64,000 nt of DNA. Origin: Candidatus Algichlamydia australiensis (GTDB lineage: Bacteria; Chlamydiota; Chlamydiia; Chlamydiales; JAJFMI01). The translations under genes were made by a program, and so were the position numbers. The notes below the pieces were generated by a model. That model did no database searches. It saw only the letters and a program-made list of their open reading frames with translations, and had not been told where the DNA came from. Below are positions 55,144-64,000 of the stretch, in pieces. The stretch lies in the NCBI GenBank assembly GCA_033977065.1, contig JAXCHI010000003.1, positions 256,001 through 320,000 of the forward strand, given 5' to 3'. Numbering within the stretch: the first letter of the stretch is position 1; the number at the start of each line of letters is the position of its first letter.

Positions 55144-56816
55144 ATTCCCCCGACTCCCCCTTCCATTAAATCGAGAAAGGCCTGAAGCTGTTTTGCTCGG
55201 GTAGGATGGCGCATTTTTCTTAGCGCTTTTGCTTCAATTTGACGCACACGCTCACGGGTAACCTTAAAACGTACGCCCACTTCTTCAAGTGTCTTAGGTT
55301 TTCCATCGAGCAGACCAAAGCGTTCAATAAGCACGGTGCGCTCGCGGTCTGTCAATGTCTCCAAAACTTCGTGAAGTTTATCTTTTAAAATCGAGTACCC
55401 TGTCGCCTCTGCAGGCGATTCAATTGAAGTATCTTCTAAGAAATCTCCAAATTGGCTCTCACCGCTATCCCCCACCTCAGCTTGCAGCGAGATTGGGTGC
55501 TGGGCAATTTTATAAATTTCGCGAATACGGTCCGGCGTCAGCTCAAGCTCTTCAGCAAGCTCCTCTGCTGTTGGTTCACGGCCACGCTCCATCATAAAGG
55601 CTTTGGCTTTGCGCAAGACGCGATTGATCGTCTCAATCATGTGAACCGGAATCCGGATTGTACGGCCCTGGTCAGCAATCGCACGTGTTACGGCTTGACG
55701 AATCCACCAAGTCGCATACGTAGAGAACTTGTATCCACGACGATATTCAAACTTTTCAACCGCTTTCATCAGACCCATATTTCCTTCCTGAATCAAGTCA
55801 AGGAAACTTAAGCCGCGGTTGGTGTATTTTTTTGCGATGGAGATGACAAGACGCAAGTTGGATTCCACCATTTCACGCTTAGCTTCTTGGCTCTTATCCA
55901 TCCAACGCTGCAGCATGCGGACGTCTTTCTTAAACTCTTCTAGAGTGCGTCCAGCAGCCAGCTCGCGCTTATAAAGTTTGCGATGCGCAGCTTTAAGTTT
56001 TGCCAAAGCGAAACGGTTTTTTTCTGCTCGGGGCTCTAACTCTTTTAACTCTTTCTCTAAGCCTAAGAAGCGATCGTAGGCTTCTAAAATCACCTCACCA
56101 AAATCGTCTGTGACATTGGTGCGAAAGTGCATCTGCCGCAAGTAAGCTTGTGTACGAATACGACTTTTTTCAATCTCTTCTGTGAGTTTTAAGCGATCAG
56201 CTTTTGCTAATTTTTCATTGCGCAGACGAATCAAGAAAGAGCGTAAGACCGCATCTTCTTCTTCTAAAAGCTCGCGCAAACGTGGCAATTTATCTAAAAA
56301 GCGCTGCTTATTCTCAATCTCTTTTTCCGCGACAATTTTATCAAAGCGCTCTTTGCCAGTGAGAAGATAGTGCGCAATCGCAACAGTTTCGCGAGAGGAG
56401 TAGCAAAAGCGCATGATAATTTTTTCAATCTGAATCTGCGCTTTCTCAATGCGCTTAGAAATCTCAACCTCTTCTTCGCGAGTAAGCAGAGGGACAGATC
56501 CCATCTCCTTGAGGTACATGCGAACCGGATCGTCGGCCGAAGCTTCCGCCTTGCGAGAGAGACCTTCAAGCTCCTTTGCCTCTTTCTTGCGCTCACGCTG
56601 ACGCTCTACTTCAGATTGATTGAGGATCTGGATATCCATACCGCTCAAGAAGATCAGCACCTGATCAATCTGATCGGCAGAATCAAACGTCATGGGAAGA
56701 ATTTCATTGATCTCCTCATACGTGATGTAGCCTTGCTCCTTCGCAATTGCGACGAGCTCCTCAATTTTTTGCTGATGTTGTGAATCAAAAAGATTACTAT
56801 CTGTAGTATTACTCAT
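55134..56816 (-). CDS. rpoD: Primary sigma factor (sigma66/RpoD)
   Basis: [52 protein letters not shown]. Confidence 0.98.
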   Translation of the reverse strand: MSNTTDSNLFDSQHQQKIEELVAIAKEQGYITYEEINEILPMTFDSADQIDQVLIFLSGMDIQILNQSEVERQRERKKEAKELEGLSRKAEASADDPVRMYLKEMGSVPLLTREEEVEISKRIEKAQIQIEKIIMRFCYSSRETVAIAHYLLTGKERFDKIVAEKEIENKQRFLDKLPRLRELLEEEDAVLRSFLIRLRNEKLAKADRLKLTEEIEKSRIRTQAYLRQMHFRTNVTDDFGEVILEAYDRFLGLEKELKELEPRAEKNRFALAKLKAAHRKLYKRELAAGRTLEEFKKDVRMLQRWMDKSQEAKREMVESNLRLVISIAKKYTNRGLSFLDLIQEGNMGLMKAVEKFEYRRGYKFSTYATWWIRQAVTRAIADQGRTIRIPVHMIETINRVLRKAKAFMMERGREPTAEELAEELELTPDRIREIYKIAQHPISLQAEVGDSGESQFGDFLEDTSIESPAEATGYSILKDKLHEVLETLTDRERTVLIERFGLLDGKPKTLEEVGVRFKVTRERVRQIEAKALRKMRHPTRAKQLQAFLDLMEGGVGGIGA

Positions 56817-56875
56817 GGACCTGAAATGAAGACACTTGTCTACATTCTATCACGAAGGATAATTACTGGCTAAAC

Positions 56876-57409
56876 ATGTTTTTGCATAGAGAAATCCAAA
56901 AAAATATTGTAAAAATTCTCCCCGAAAACGAAGTACTTATGGAAAAAAGGTTTTCTGAAGTTAATCGCATTGCCGATCTTGTATGGGAAAAAGAAAAAAT
57001 AATTTTTGAAATTCAATGCTCCCGCATCCCTCTTCAGGAAGTAAAAAATCGAAAAAAAGATTACCAGAATTGCGGCTACTCTCTTGTCTGGATCTTGCTC
57101 GATCGACATTTTAATAGAAGCTGGCTCACACACGCTGAAATTTTCTTACGCAGTGGCCACTGCTACTTTACGAATGGACGCGGCCAATTCTATGACCAAG
57201 TAGAAATTATCAAAGGAAGGCGACGCCTCTTTCGTGGTCATCCTCTCCCAATCTCTTTAAGCAATCCAATAAAAATAAAAAACCAACTTCACTTTTCCGG
57301 TGACGCAGCTGACCGCAAAGCACGAGTACCTGTACAACCAAAACCGAAAAATTTCTACTTGAGACTACTCGATAGCCTTATGAGTAGGTTTGGTTCAAAT
57401 AACTTCTGA
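56876..57409 (+). CDS. CoiA-like PD-(D/E)XK nuclease domain protein
   Basis: H..IQ, RIADLVW...KIIFEIQCS.I...EV..R..DY...GY..VWIL. Confidence 0.75.
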   Translation: MFLHREIQKNIVKILPENEVLMEKRFSEVNRIADLVWEKEKIIFEIQCSRIPLQEVKNRKKDYQNCGYSLVWILLDRHFNRSWLTHAEIFLRSGHCYFTNGRGQFYDQVEIIKGRRRLFRGHPLPISLSNPIKIKNQLHFSGDAADRKARVPVQPKPKNFYLRLLDSLMSRFGSNNF

Positions 57410-57833
57410 ACCAAACAAAGTAAACCAAAACAGAGAGAGCTAAAAGCATGTGAACAGATTTTTTAAAAGGAAAGTCCTTCTGAAGAGATGAGATGTTTGG
57501 GTCTTTTGGAGAGAAGTGAATTTCCCAAGGAAGTTTTTCAAATTTCTCAACTTTTACCCTGCAAGAAGCCTCATTTGGAAAAAGTGTTTTTTCAAACGTG
57601 TACTGCCCTTCAAAGTTTTGCTTCCCAACTTCAAATTCATAATTTACAGAAGGAACAAATAGATCGGGCTCAACCTCTCGCGTCTCCCAATTTTTCAGCT
57701 CTACTTTTGTCTTAGCCTTTAAAACAAAATATTTTTTTAACTCACGTCCGAGCTGAATCCCTATCCAAAGAGCGCAAACGAGAAGAACCAGAAAAAGGCC
57801 GTTCCAAATTTTTTTTGCTACTGAAATCTCCAT
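57378..57833 (-). CDS. DUF3592-like membrane protein
   Basis: N- and C-terminal TM helices flanking P.V.YEFEV....F.G and IHFSPKDP. Confidence 0.7.
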   Translation of the reverse strand: MEISVAKKIWNGLFLVLLVCALWIGIQLGRELKKYFVLKAKTKVELKNWETREVEPDLFVPSVNYEFEVGKQNFEGQYTFEKTLFPNEASCRVKVEKFEKLPWEIHFSPKDPNISSLQKDFPFKKSVHMLLALSVLVYFVWFRSYLNQTYS

Positions 57834-57890
57834 ACCCTTTACAACTTATAGGATTAGTGCTATATTCGCCATATCTATAATGAGGAAATC

Positions 57891-58163
57891 ATGGCAAAAG
57901 AAGCTAAAGATAAAAAGAAAAAAAGGCCTACAGCAGCAAAGCGCATGATTCAGGACGAGAAGAAGCGTCAGCGCAATAGTGCCTTTAAATCTCGCATTCA
58001 TACCTCCGTTCGCGCATTTGAGAAAGGCGTAGCAGAGAAGGGCGATGTAAAAGAAAAATTGAAAACTGTCTTCAGTATGATGGACAAAGCAGTAAAACTT
58101 GGTATTTTCAAGAAAAATAAAGCTGCCCGCATGAAGTCTAAGTACCAGCAAAAAGCATCCTAG
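57891..58163 (+). CDS. rpsT: 30S ribosomal protein S20
   Basis: TAAKRMIQDEKKRQRN...KSRIHT, MDKAVKLGIFKKNKAARMKS. Confidence 0.96.
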   Translation: MAKEAKDKKKKRPTAAKRMIQDEKKRQRNSAFKSRIHTSVRAFEKGVAEKGDVKEKLKTVFSMMDKAVKLGIFKKNKAARMKSKYQQKAS

Positions 58164-58189
58164 TGCTCCATAACAGAAGCCCCCGCCAT

Positions 58190-58996
58190 TTAGATTGATT
58201 CCGCAGAAAGACTACCTTCCTTAGATCCCTTAGCAATGTGCTTAAAAATAAAATCAGAACTTGAATAGTCGCTGTGGTTGTTAATATACCTACTACTGTC
58301 TACTAAATGGACGTTTGGGTGCACATTTTCCAAATTTTCTGGCCCCCCACTGCCTAGAGCACGATCAAGCTCAAACATAGGGTATAGCAAACTTAGCACT
58401 TCATCTCTTCTCGAATAAAAAACAAAAAGATTCTCTACCTGACTAATGTCTTCAACTGAAATCTCTCCTCTCTCAAGCGATTCATTATCAATTGCTGGAG
58501 CCATGAAAAAAACATTGGAAATACGCATCTGCTCACCCTTCTTTACCGCTTCTAAAACGAGTCTACACCCCATACTAAAAGCGATAATATCGATTTGAGC
58601 AGCGTCAGAAGAAATTTCTTCAATAAGCTTGAGTAGACGCAACGAGAGATCGCTCTCCATCGTCAGAGACCTCGCATCAAAGTACTCCCAGGGATCGTCA
58701 CTTCCCGGCCACAAATATCCAACATGAGTATCATAAAGATCCTTTGTTCCTCCAGCGAGGTTAGAAAAGTATTCAGACGCCTCTTCATAATCATTATTGT
58801 AACCATGAATCAGAAGAACAACTTTTTTATCTTTGATTTTGCTGTTCCAGAGATCTTCAGGCATTGAACTCCACCTATCTCTACTATCTCTCTCACTTTT
58901 CACCCTTACTTGAAAATCAGAGAGCCTATCTGCATCGTGGACCCCATGACGATCACTGACTAGAATAATATTTTGATAATCTTCTTCAACTCTCAT
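58190..58996 (-). CDS. Alpha/beta hydrolase (DUF900-like)
   Basis: LLIHGYN, YLWP, IAFSMGCR nucleophile elbow, MAPAID, YSRRD.VL, RALG..GP, HSDY. Confidence 0.85.
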   Translation of the reverse strand: MRVEEDYQNIILVSDRHGVHDADRLSDFQVRVKSERDSRDRWSSMPEDLWNSKIKDKKVVLLIHGYNNDYEEASEYFSNLAGGTKDLYDTHVGYLWPGSDDPWEYFDARSLTMESDLSLRLLKLIEEISSDAAQIDIIAFSMGCRLVLEAVKKGEQMRISNVFFMAPAIDNESLERGEISVEDISQVENLFVFYSRRDEVLSLLYPMFELDRALGSGGPENLENVHPNVHLVDSSRYINNHSDYSSSDFIFKHIAKGSKEGSLSAESI

Positions 58997-61900
58997 GACT
59001 CCTCCAATCCCCGTATACTACCTGTCCATGAACTAGGTATTTAATTAAATAAAGGTGTGTAGATGGCACCTCATCTTTCAGAGGAAGAGAAAGGTCCACT
59101 TCCTCATTATCGTAAGCAAACACTTTTACTTTCGGGCCATCTTCACCCAGCTCTATTTTGGCAGCCCCTTCTTCAGGAGAGGCTCCATTCCCAAAAAAGA
59201 GCGTTTTTTTATGTTTTTTTTCTTCATATTGTGAATGAAGGACAGCTGCTATTTTTGGTGTTGTAATCGATGGCATAAGAGGTTTGATTTCTTTTTCATG
59301 GGTATAAAGCTTACAGCTTGCCAACTGCTGCATCTCTTCTTCGTTTTCACCAACCCTTAATCTATCTACAGCAAGCCAGACAATTTGAAACTTAGTGAAA
59401 CCGTTAATCGCTTCATGATCACTGAGATTAAAAGTCCATAAATGATAACCATCAACTTCTTCTTGGTTGACGATTACGTCAAAAAGAGGCACAACAACCA
59501 GTAGTTTACTTCCTGTTCCAGAGATTCCTTCTGCCTCTTTCAAGGTGACGAATTGGCCTTCAATGTTATCTATCTCCCATGCAGCTCTTAGCTCTCCACT
59601 GCTATTAACTTGAAGGTTTGGAATAGAAAGTTTTACTTTGCTCTGCATTTCTTTTAAGAGCTTCGCTTCATTTTCCTCTTTTATTTTTATTCTATTAGAA
59701 GAGCTATCGATCTCGATCTCAATTTCAGCAAGCTGCAAATAGGGCTGAAAATTAAAAGAGAGAACCTGGTCTCCTGAAGGAGATTGAACTCTAATGGCCA
59801 CAGGTTCGGAGGGTGCAAGCTCTTCTTTCTTTGCTGCTAGATAAAGAGTCGCCCACAATTTTGTACCCTCAGCTTCATTATCATAAACTGGCAGTGTCCT
59901 AGCCAGATCTTCTAGACCATAGACATCAAAATTATGGTGGACAATCACCTTGAGCGGGAATTGGACCTGATCTTCCTCAAAAATTTGGGGTCGAAATTCA
60001 AATTTCCCTCTTTCCACTTGTTTAAATGTATACTCTTCTTGCAAGTCATCAATTCTAACTCGACCAAATATATCCTCCCACGACGCTCGTGCACGCCTAA
60101 TCCCAAAAAGGGAGTCCGTATCCACTAGATTAAAGCTGACATTTTCAATGGCAGCTGTAACACAGCCTTCGCTCTTAATTTGCTGCGCTTCCCGCATTGC
60201 AAATTGCTGCGCCTTTCCTACTTCACATCTCTCTTCACCTTCTACTTGCGAACTCTCATGAACTATGTTTCGCATCTCATGGTGAAACATTGAACCTGGC
60301 TTATCAGAGCCGTACCGCATTTTTATGAAATAGGGAAGAAAGTATTCTGCTTTTTCTCCTCTTTTTACTCTATCACTTCCTAACTGCTTATTGGGGGGAA
60401 GATACCAGAGTGGTTCCATATTTTTGAAAGCTGGTGTTTCAAAAAAGTAGAGACTTGGCTGTCTCTCTTGATAAAGCTCGCTCATTGACCCGCGATACTC
60501 GTAACTTACCTCTCTAAGAAATTTGCATTGCTGATAGCTACCCTCTTTCGAATCTTCTTCTAAAATTTGGTATGAGGCCTCACTTCGAACCCCTCCCAGT
60601 CGCAGCATCTTTTTTGGTAATATTGATCTAAAATCAAAAACTTCAATGCTATTTTCGCCTTCAGATTCAGATTTTACGTGAGCAGATTCTTGAGGTTGAG
60701 GTCGATTCCCATCTTGATCTTCATAAAATGGTGATGCAATATACTCATAAGTAACCTCTCCTTCATAATCAATTTTTCTGGAGAGTATTATCCCATTCGC
60801 ACCCATTTTAAGGATTTGCATTTTAACTGCATTTCTTTTCGAATCGTCAATAACGTCTATCTCTTTTTTCTGCTCAGTTCGATTGGAAAGAGCTGTGTAA
60901 GGAGGTCGCTCGTAATCGACACTAATCGGCCTATTAATGATTAAAATAGACTCCGTTTGAATCTCTTCTCTAGCTTCGTCTTCTTCTGAGCTTGGCGCTT
61001 TTTGTAGAAAAGCGTTGTCACTCATAACAACCAGCTGTTTACTCTCACTCACGCCAATTGGACTAAGAAGCCAATCTCCTATTTTACTGCTTGTATCTAT
61101 AGGAGGTTGATTATATGTGATGTCACGCTTGTAAAGATTCTGCTCAAGATTAATCCGCATCATGTTCCCGTAAATTTGCCTATGCAATAGCTGAGGAGCA
61201 GTTTTTTTCAACTTGATTGTGTTTGTCACTGCTTCTGGCTCTAGACAAAAATTTATTGGTACAATTGAACTTTCAATTGGGAAGAGATGAATCCCTTTCG
61301 GAACTGTTTTTATCTCGGAACCTTCTCTAGCTGTTTTCGGTTCTAAAAAGTGATCAAGGGCAACAAATTGTTGTTGCTTCTTTACTGAAGCTTTGCGAAT
61401 GAAGTAGTTTTCTTCTCCATAGTTGGAGACAATATCTGGCTTCTCATTAACACTATTAGAGATTTCCACCTCTACTTGGTTCATTGAAAACCAACTTTTT
61501 TCTATTTGTAGAGTGATTTTATCGCTCTCTTTTTTCTTTTCAAAGTGAACGACAACAGGAAGTTGAATTTCCCCCCTCTCATTAGGATCTATGATTTGAA
61601 GATAACCCGTTCTAGCGTAGCGAAAACTGGACTGAGAAAAGCCTGAAAAATTTTGGTCATCAAATCTTAAAACAAAATTCTCTTTTTTAAGAGTAAGAGA
61701 TAGAGATGTATAGCGATACCAATCCCTACCCTGAGTCAAGTACTCAACATCTAATCCTCTTTTAAGAAGCTCTTCACAAGGTGATGCAAACTCCGTATCA
61801 TCAGCAAAATAGAATGTCTGATAGAGATCATCAGGATTTATATCTCTTACACATATTGCTCCTAAAGTACCTGCTTCAAGCCATAAAATTATGCTCTCAT

Positions 61901-64000
61901 CGCCCACCCCCTTCTTCTGACTCTTCAACCCCTGCGCCAAAAAGCAGAAAAAGCTTCCCTGTAAAAATTGAGGAGCTAAAAGTTTTTTTCTTTCTAAATC
62001 GTCTGCTAAATAGAGGGTAAGCTTTCCTCTATTTGAGAGATAGACCTCAAGGTTTTCGCTTGTTCTCGGCAGATCTTTTTCTAGCTCGAGCTCAACTGGT
62101 AGGTGATAGTGAAGTCTCTTTTTGTAAACACTTGAGATTATAAGATAAGAGGCTTCGTAAATCTCAACTTGACAAGACTCTATCTCTTGATAGTTCTTCT
62201 GCCACAAAGTATCGAATATGAGGCTCTGAAGTTCATCTTTTGTTTTTGAAAATTCATAAGAGTCTACTAGGTGTGTCAAGAGACCATTGCGGGTAATAAT
62301 CTGACAAAAACAGCCATAGTGTTCTTGAACCGGCTTAGCAAGTAAGGTAAAATTCTCAAATTCTACTTTTTCTACCAGCTTTTTTCCCCTTCCAGATGCT
62401 ACCTTTGTTTTCTCTCCTACAAAGCTCGTTGTGGAGGAAAAAATAGAGCATCTCATCTCTCCATTTTTATCAAAAGGGAAGCGCGCAACCAAGCGAATAG
62501 TACCATCTGTTTCTGTGCGATTGATGTTCTCTTCAGTAATGCAATGTCTATCCCCATTTTCTTCTTCAAGCACCATAAGAAAAGCATCTTTATTTAGACT
62601 TCTCGGTACTTCAATTTCAGCTGTCTCATCCTCTTTGGAGATAGCAGCACTTCCAACAAACTCTAAATCCAAGCTTTTTTCAATATCCTTGGAGTGAAAT
62701 CCATAATCAGCTTGTAAATAGTTACTCTCTTCATTTCCATTTTTCAGAAAAAAGGCGTGAGATTTCAAATCTGTTTCAAATTCTTTCAACCCCCACGTTT
62801 TTCCAAATGCCGAAGCTAAAGATTTCTTGGGGTCGGAAAATATTTCGATCTTGACTGCACGATCTTCATCTGTAACCGGTCCACTAATAGAGCTCAGCTC
62901 TCCTGTAACCGGATGAGGTGTCTGCTGATTAGCAGAGGAGAATTGCCAATCTACACTCCCCTCTTTGATTACTAAGCTTTTGTCTGAAAATTGATACTCA
63001 AACTTGACAAAGCTTTTTTTTCTCAACGAATGGAGCACAAAGTTAGGCACGTGATTGCCTCTACTGCCTATTGATAACTGCTCTGGATTAGCAATTACCC
63101 CATGAAAGACCATCAACTCTGGCTTAAGGTCTGCTCCTATCTTAAACTTTACTAGCTCTGTCATGAGAAAGGGAACACCCTTATAACGGGGCCAATTATC
63201 AACTTCTGATAGTGGTGAATCCTTTGCCGATGTAATTTGTGAGTAGAGGCTATAAGCGCCTAGGTTAAAGGGTGCTTGGTGAAAATTTATATTTCCGCCC
63301 TTGTCTGCTAGAGTTCCATCCTCTTTCACCTTCAAGCTATCACAGGTAAAGAGTAGTTGCGTTACGAAGTAAATTTCATTTGTCTCATCGATTGGCTCGG
63401 CTTCATCAACAAGAGGCATGCCCGCAACTGTCACATCGTATAATTTTCCCTCTTCTGAACTCGTAACAGAAGCAATGGAAATACCTTCTTCTTGGCCAGA
63501 ATCGGCTTCCTCCACTGGATTTTCTGGAGCGATTTCTTTTGCATAAGCAATTCCAAGGTTGTCATAAAATTTTCCGTTTGAAAAAAGAAGTGGAGTGTAA
63601 GAATTCACGGTTCGAAAGGAATTCGGATCCATTGTGCTTACTGGTTTTAGCTCTATCTGTGCTCCCTCACTTTCATCAGTTATGAGCTTTACCAAATAAT
63701 CGAGCCAATTACTAGAAGGGTGATTAATCGCCAGTGTTTGATTCAAATCAGACTCTGCGTCTCCTTCCCACTCAATCTCAACTTTAGGAAAGTTTCCAGT
63801 CTCTTCTTCAGATTGGTAGGAGAGTTTTGGTGTTAAAGGGGTCCCATTATAGAGATATCTCTCAATTGGCAACCAGTTAACAAGCTTCTTCTCTTCAGTT
63901 GAAAAATCTGCAGCTAAACAGTATCGATCACGGACTGCCTGAGTAAACGCGTTACTTGCGTTGTATGAGGTGAGAGTATTTTTGCCATCACGATAAACTT
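58986..64000 (-). CDS. Giant hypothetical protein (>1670 aa, 5' end beyond window)
   Basis: Frame stays open from the ORF-track start (63872) to base 64000 (42 more sense codons); acidic and beta-strand-rich; overlaps the hydrolase start by 11 bp. Confidence 0.8.
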   Translation of the reverse strand, partial: VYRDGKNTLTSYNASNAFTQAVRDRYCLAADFSTEEKKLVNWLPIERYLYNGTPLTPKLSYQSEEETGNFPKVEIEWEGDAESDLNQTLAINHPSSNWLDYLVKLITDESEGAQIELKPVSTMDPNSFRTVNSYTPLLFSNGKFYDNLGIAYAKEIAPENPVEEADSGQEEGISIASVTSSEEGKLYDVTVAGMPLVDEAEPIDETNEIYFVTQLLFTCDSLKVKEDGTLADKGGNINFHQAPFNLGAYSLYSQITSAKDSPLSEVDNWPRYKGVPFLMTELVKFKIGADLKPELMVFHGVIANPEQLSIGSRGNHVPNFVLHSLRKKSFVKFEYQFSDKSLVIKEGSVDWQFSSANQQTPHPVTGELSSISGPVTDEDRAVKIEIFSDPKKSLASAFGKTWGLKEFETDLKSHAFFLKNGNEESNYLQADYGFHSKDIEKSLDLEFVGSAAISKEDETAEIEVPRSLNKDAFLMVLEEENGDRHCITEENINRTETDGTIRLVARFPFDKNGEMRCSIFSSTTSFVGEKTKVASGRGKKLVEKVEFENFTLLAKPVQEHYGCFCQIITRNGLLTHLVDSYEFSKTKDELQSLIFDTLWQKNYQEIESCQVEIYEASYLIISSVYKKRLHYHLPVELELEKDLPRTSENLEVYLSNRGKLTLYLADDLERKKLLAPQFLQGSFFCFLAQGLKSQKKGVGDESIILWLEAGTLGAICVRDINPDDLYQTFYFADDTEFASPCEELLKRGLDVEYLTQGRDWYRYTSLSLTLKKENFVLRFDDQNFSGFSQSSFRYARTGYLQIIDPNERGEIQLPVVVHFEKKKESDKITLQIEKSWFSMNQVEVEISNSVNEKPDIVSNYGEENYFIRKASVKKQQQFVALDHFLEPKTAREGSEIKTVPKGIHLFPIESSIVPINFCLEPEAVTNTIKLKKTAPQLLHRQIYGNMMRINLEQNLYKRDITYNQPPIDTSSKIGDWLLSPIGVSESKQLVVMSDNAFLQKAPSSEEDEAREEIQTESILIINRPISVDYERPPYTALSNRTEQKKEIDVIDDSKRNAVKMQILKMGANGIILSRKIDYEGEVTYEYIASPFYEDQDGNRPQPQESAHVKSESEGENSIEVFDFRSILPKKMLRLGGVRSEASYQILEEDSKEGSYQQCKFLREVSYEYRGSMSELYQERQPSLYFFETPAFKNMEPLWYLPPNKQLGSDRVKRGEKAEYFLPYFIKMRYGSDKPGSMFHHEMRNIVHESSQVEGEERCEVGKAQQFAMREAQQIKSEGCVTAAIENVSFNLVDTDSLFGIRRARASWEDIFGRVRIDDLQEEYTFKQVERGKFEFRPQIFEEDQVQFPLKVIVHHNFDVYGLEDLARTLPVYDNEAEGTKLWATLYLAAKKEELAPSEPVAIRVQSPSGDQVLSFNFQPYLQLAEIEIEIDSSSNRIKIKEENEAKLLKEMQSKVKLSIPNLQVNSSGELRAAWEIDNIEGQFVTLKEAEGISGTGSKLLVVVPLFDVIVNQEEVDGYHLWTFNLSDHEAINGFTKFQIVWLAVDRLRVGENEEEMQQLASCKLYTHEKEIKPLMPSITTPKIAAVLHSQYEEKKHKKTLFFGNGASPEEGAAKIELGEDGPKVKVFAYDNEEVDLSLPLKDEVPSTHLYLIKYLVHGQVVYGDWRSHES

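Noticed and set aside
100..62697. Numerous 60-170 aa antisense or alternate-frame ORFs in the track
   Set aside because: They are shadows of well-supported genes and carry no recognisable motifs.

Overview
This 64-kb window most likely comes from an environmental member of the Chlamydiota. The evidence is chlamydia-type gene orders: sdhCAB-tatD-tolQRAB-pal-LysM, a gspD-E-F-pseudopilin type II secretion cluster, and a sigma66-type rpoD near rpsT. Other core genes are rsmD, copA, mreC, aspC and tRNA-Ala(GGC). Accessory or unusual content: (i) a cluster of at least 5 T3SS translocator- or tip-filament-like genes at the left edge, followed by a probable 6S RNA; (ii) an AT-rich islet between intact sdhB and a displaced, synonymously diverged second sdhB 3' end, carrying a stand-alone LanM-type dehydratase (DUF4135-like) with all catalytic residues, a small partner ORF and an IS3 remnant; (iii) several families of 100-170 bp palindromic MITE/RPE-like elements; (iv) a YafQ-type toxin-antitoxin pair absent from the ORF track (ATA start; -1 frameshift at A-AAA-AAC); (v) a frameshifted mutY whose 3' end is also duplicated around a small hairpin insert; (vi) three tandem TagB/TagF-like glycerophosphotransferases; (vii) an Inc-like gene, a half-size VOC gene, a signal-peptide Nudix protein and a giant (>1670 aa) unknown ORF running off the right edge. 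All product calls come from motif recognition by eye; no database searches were run.
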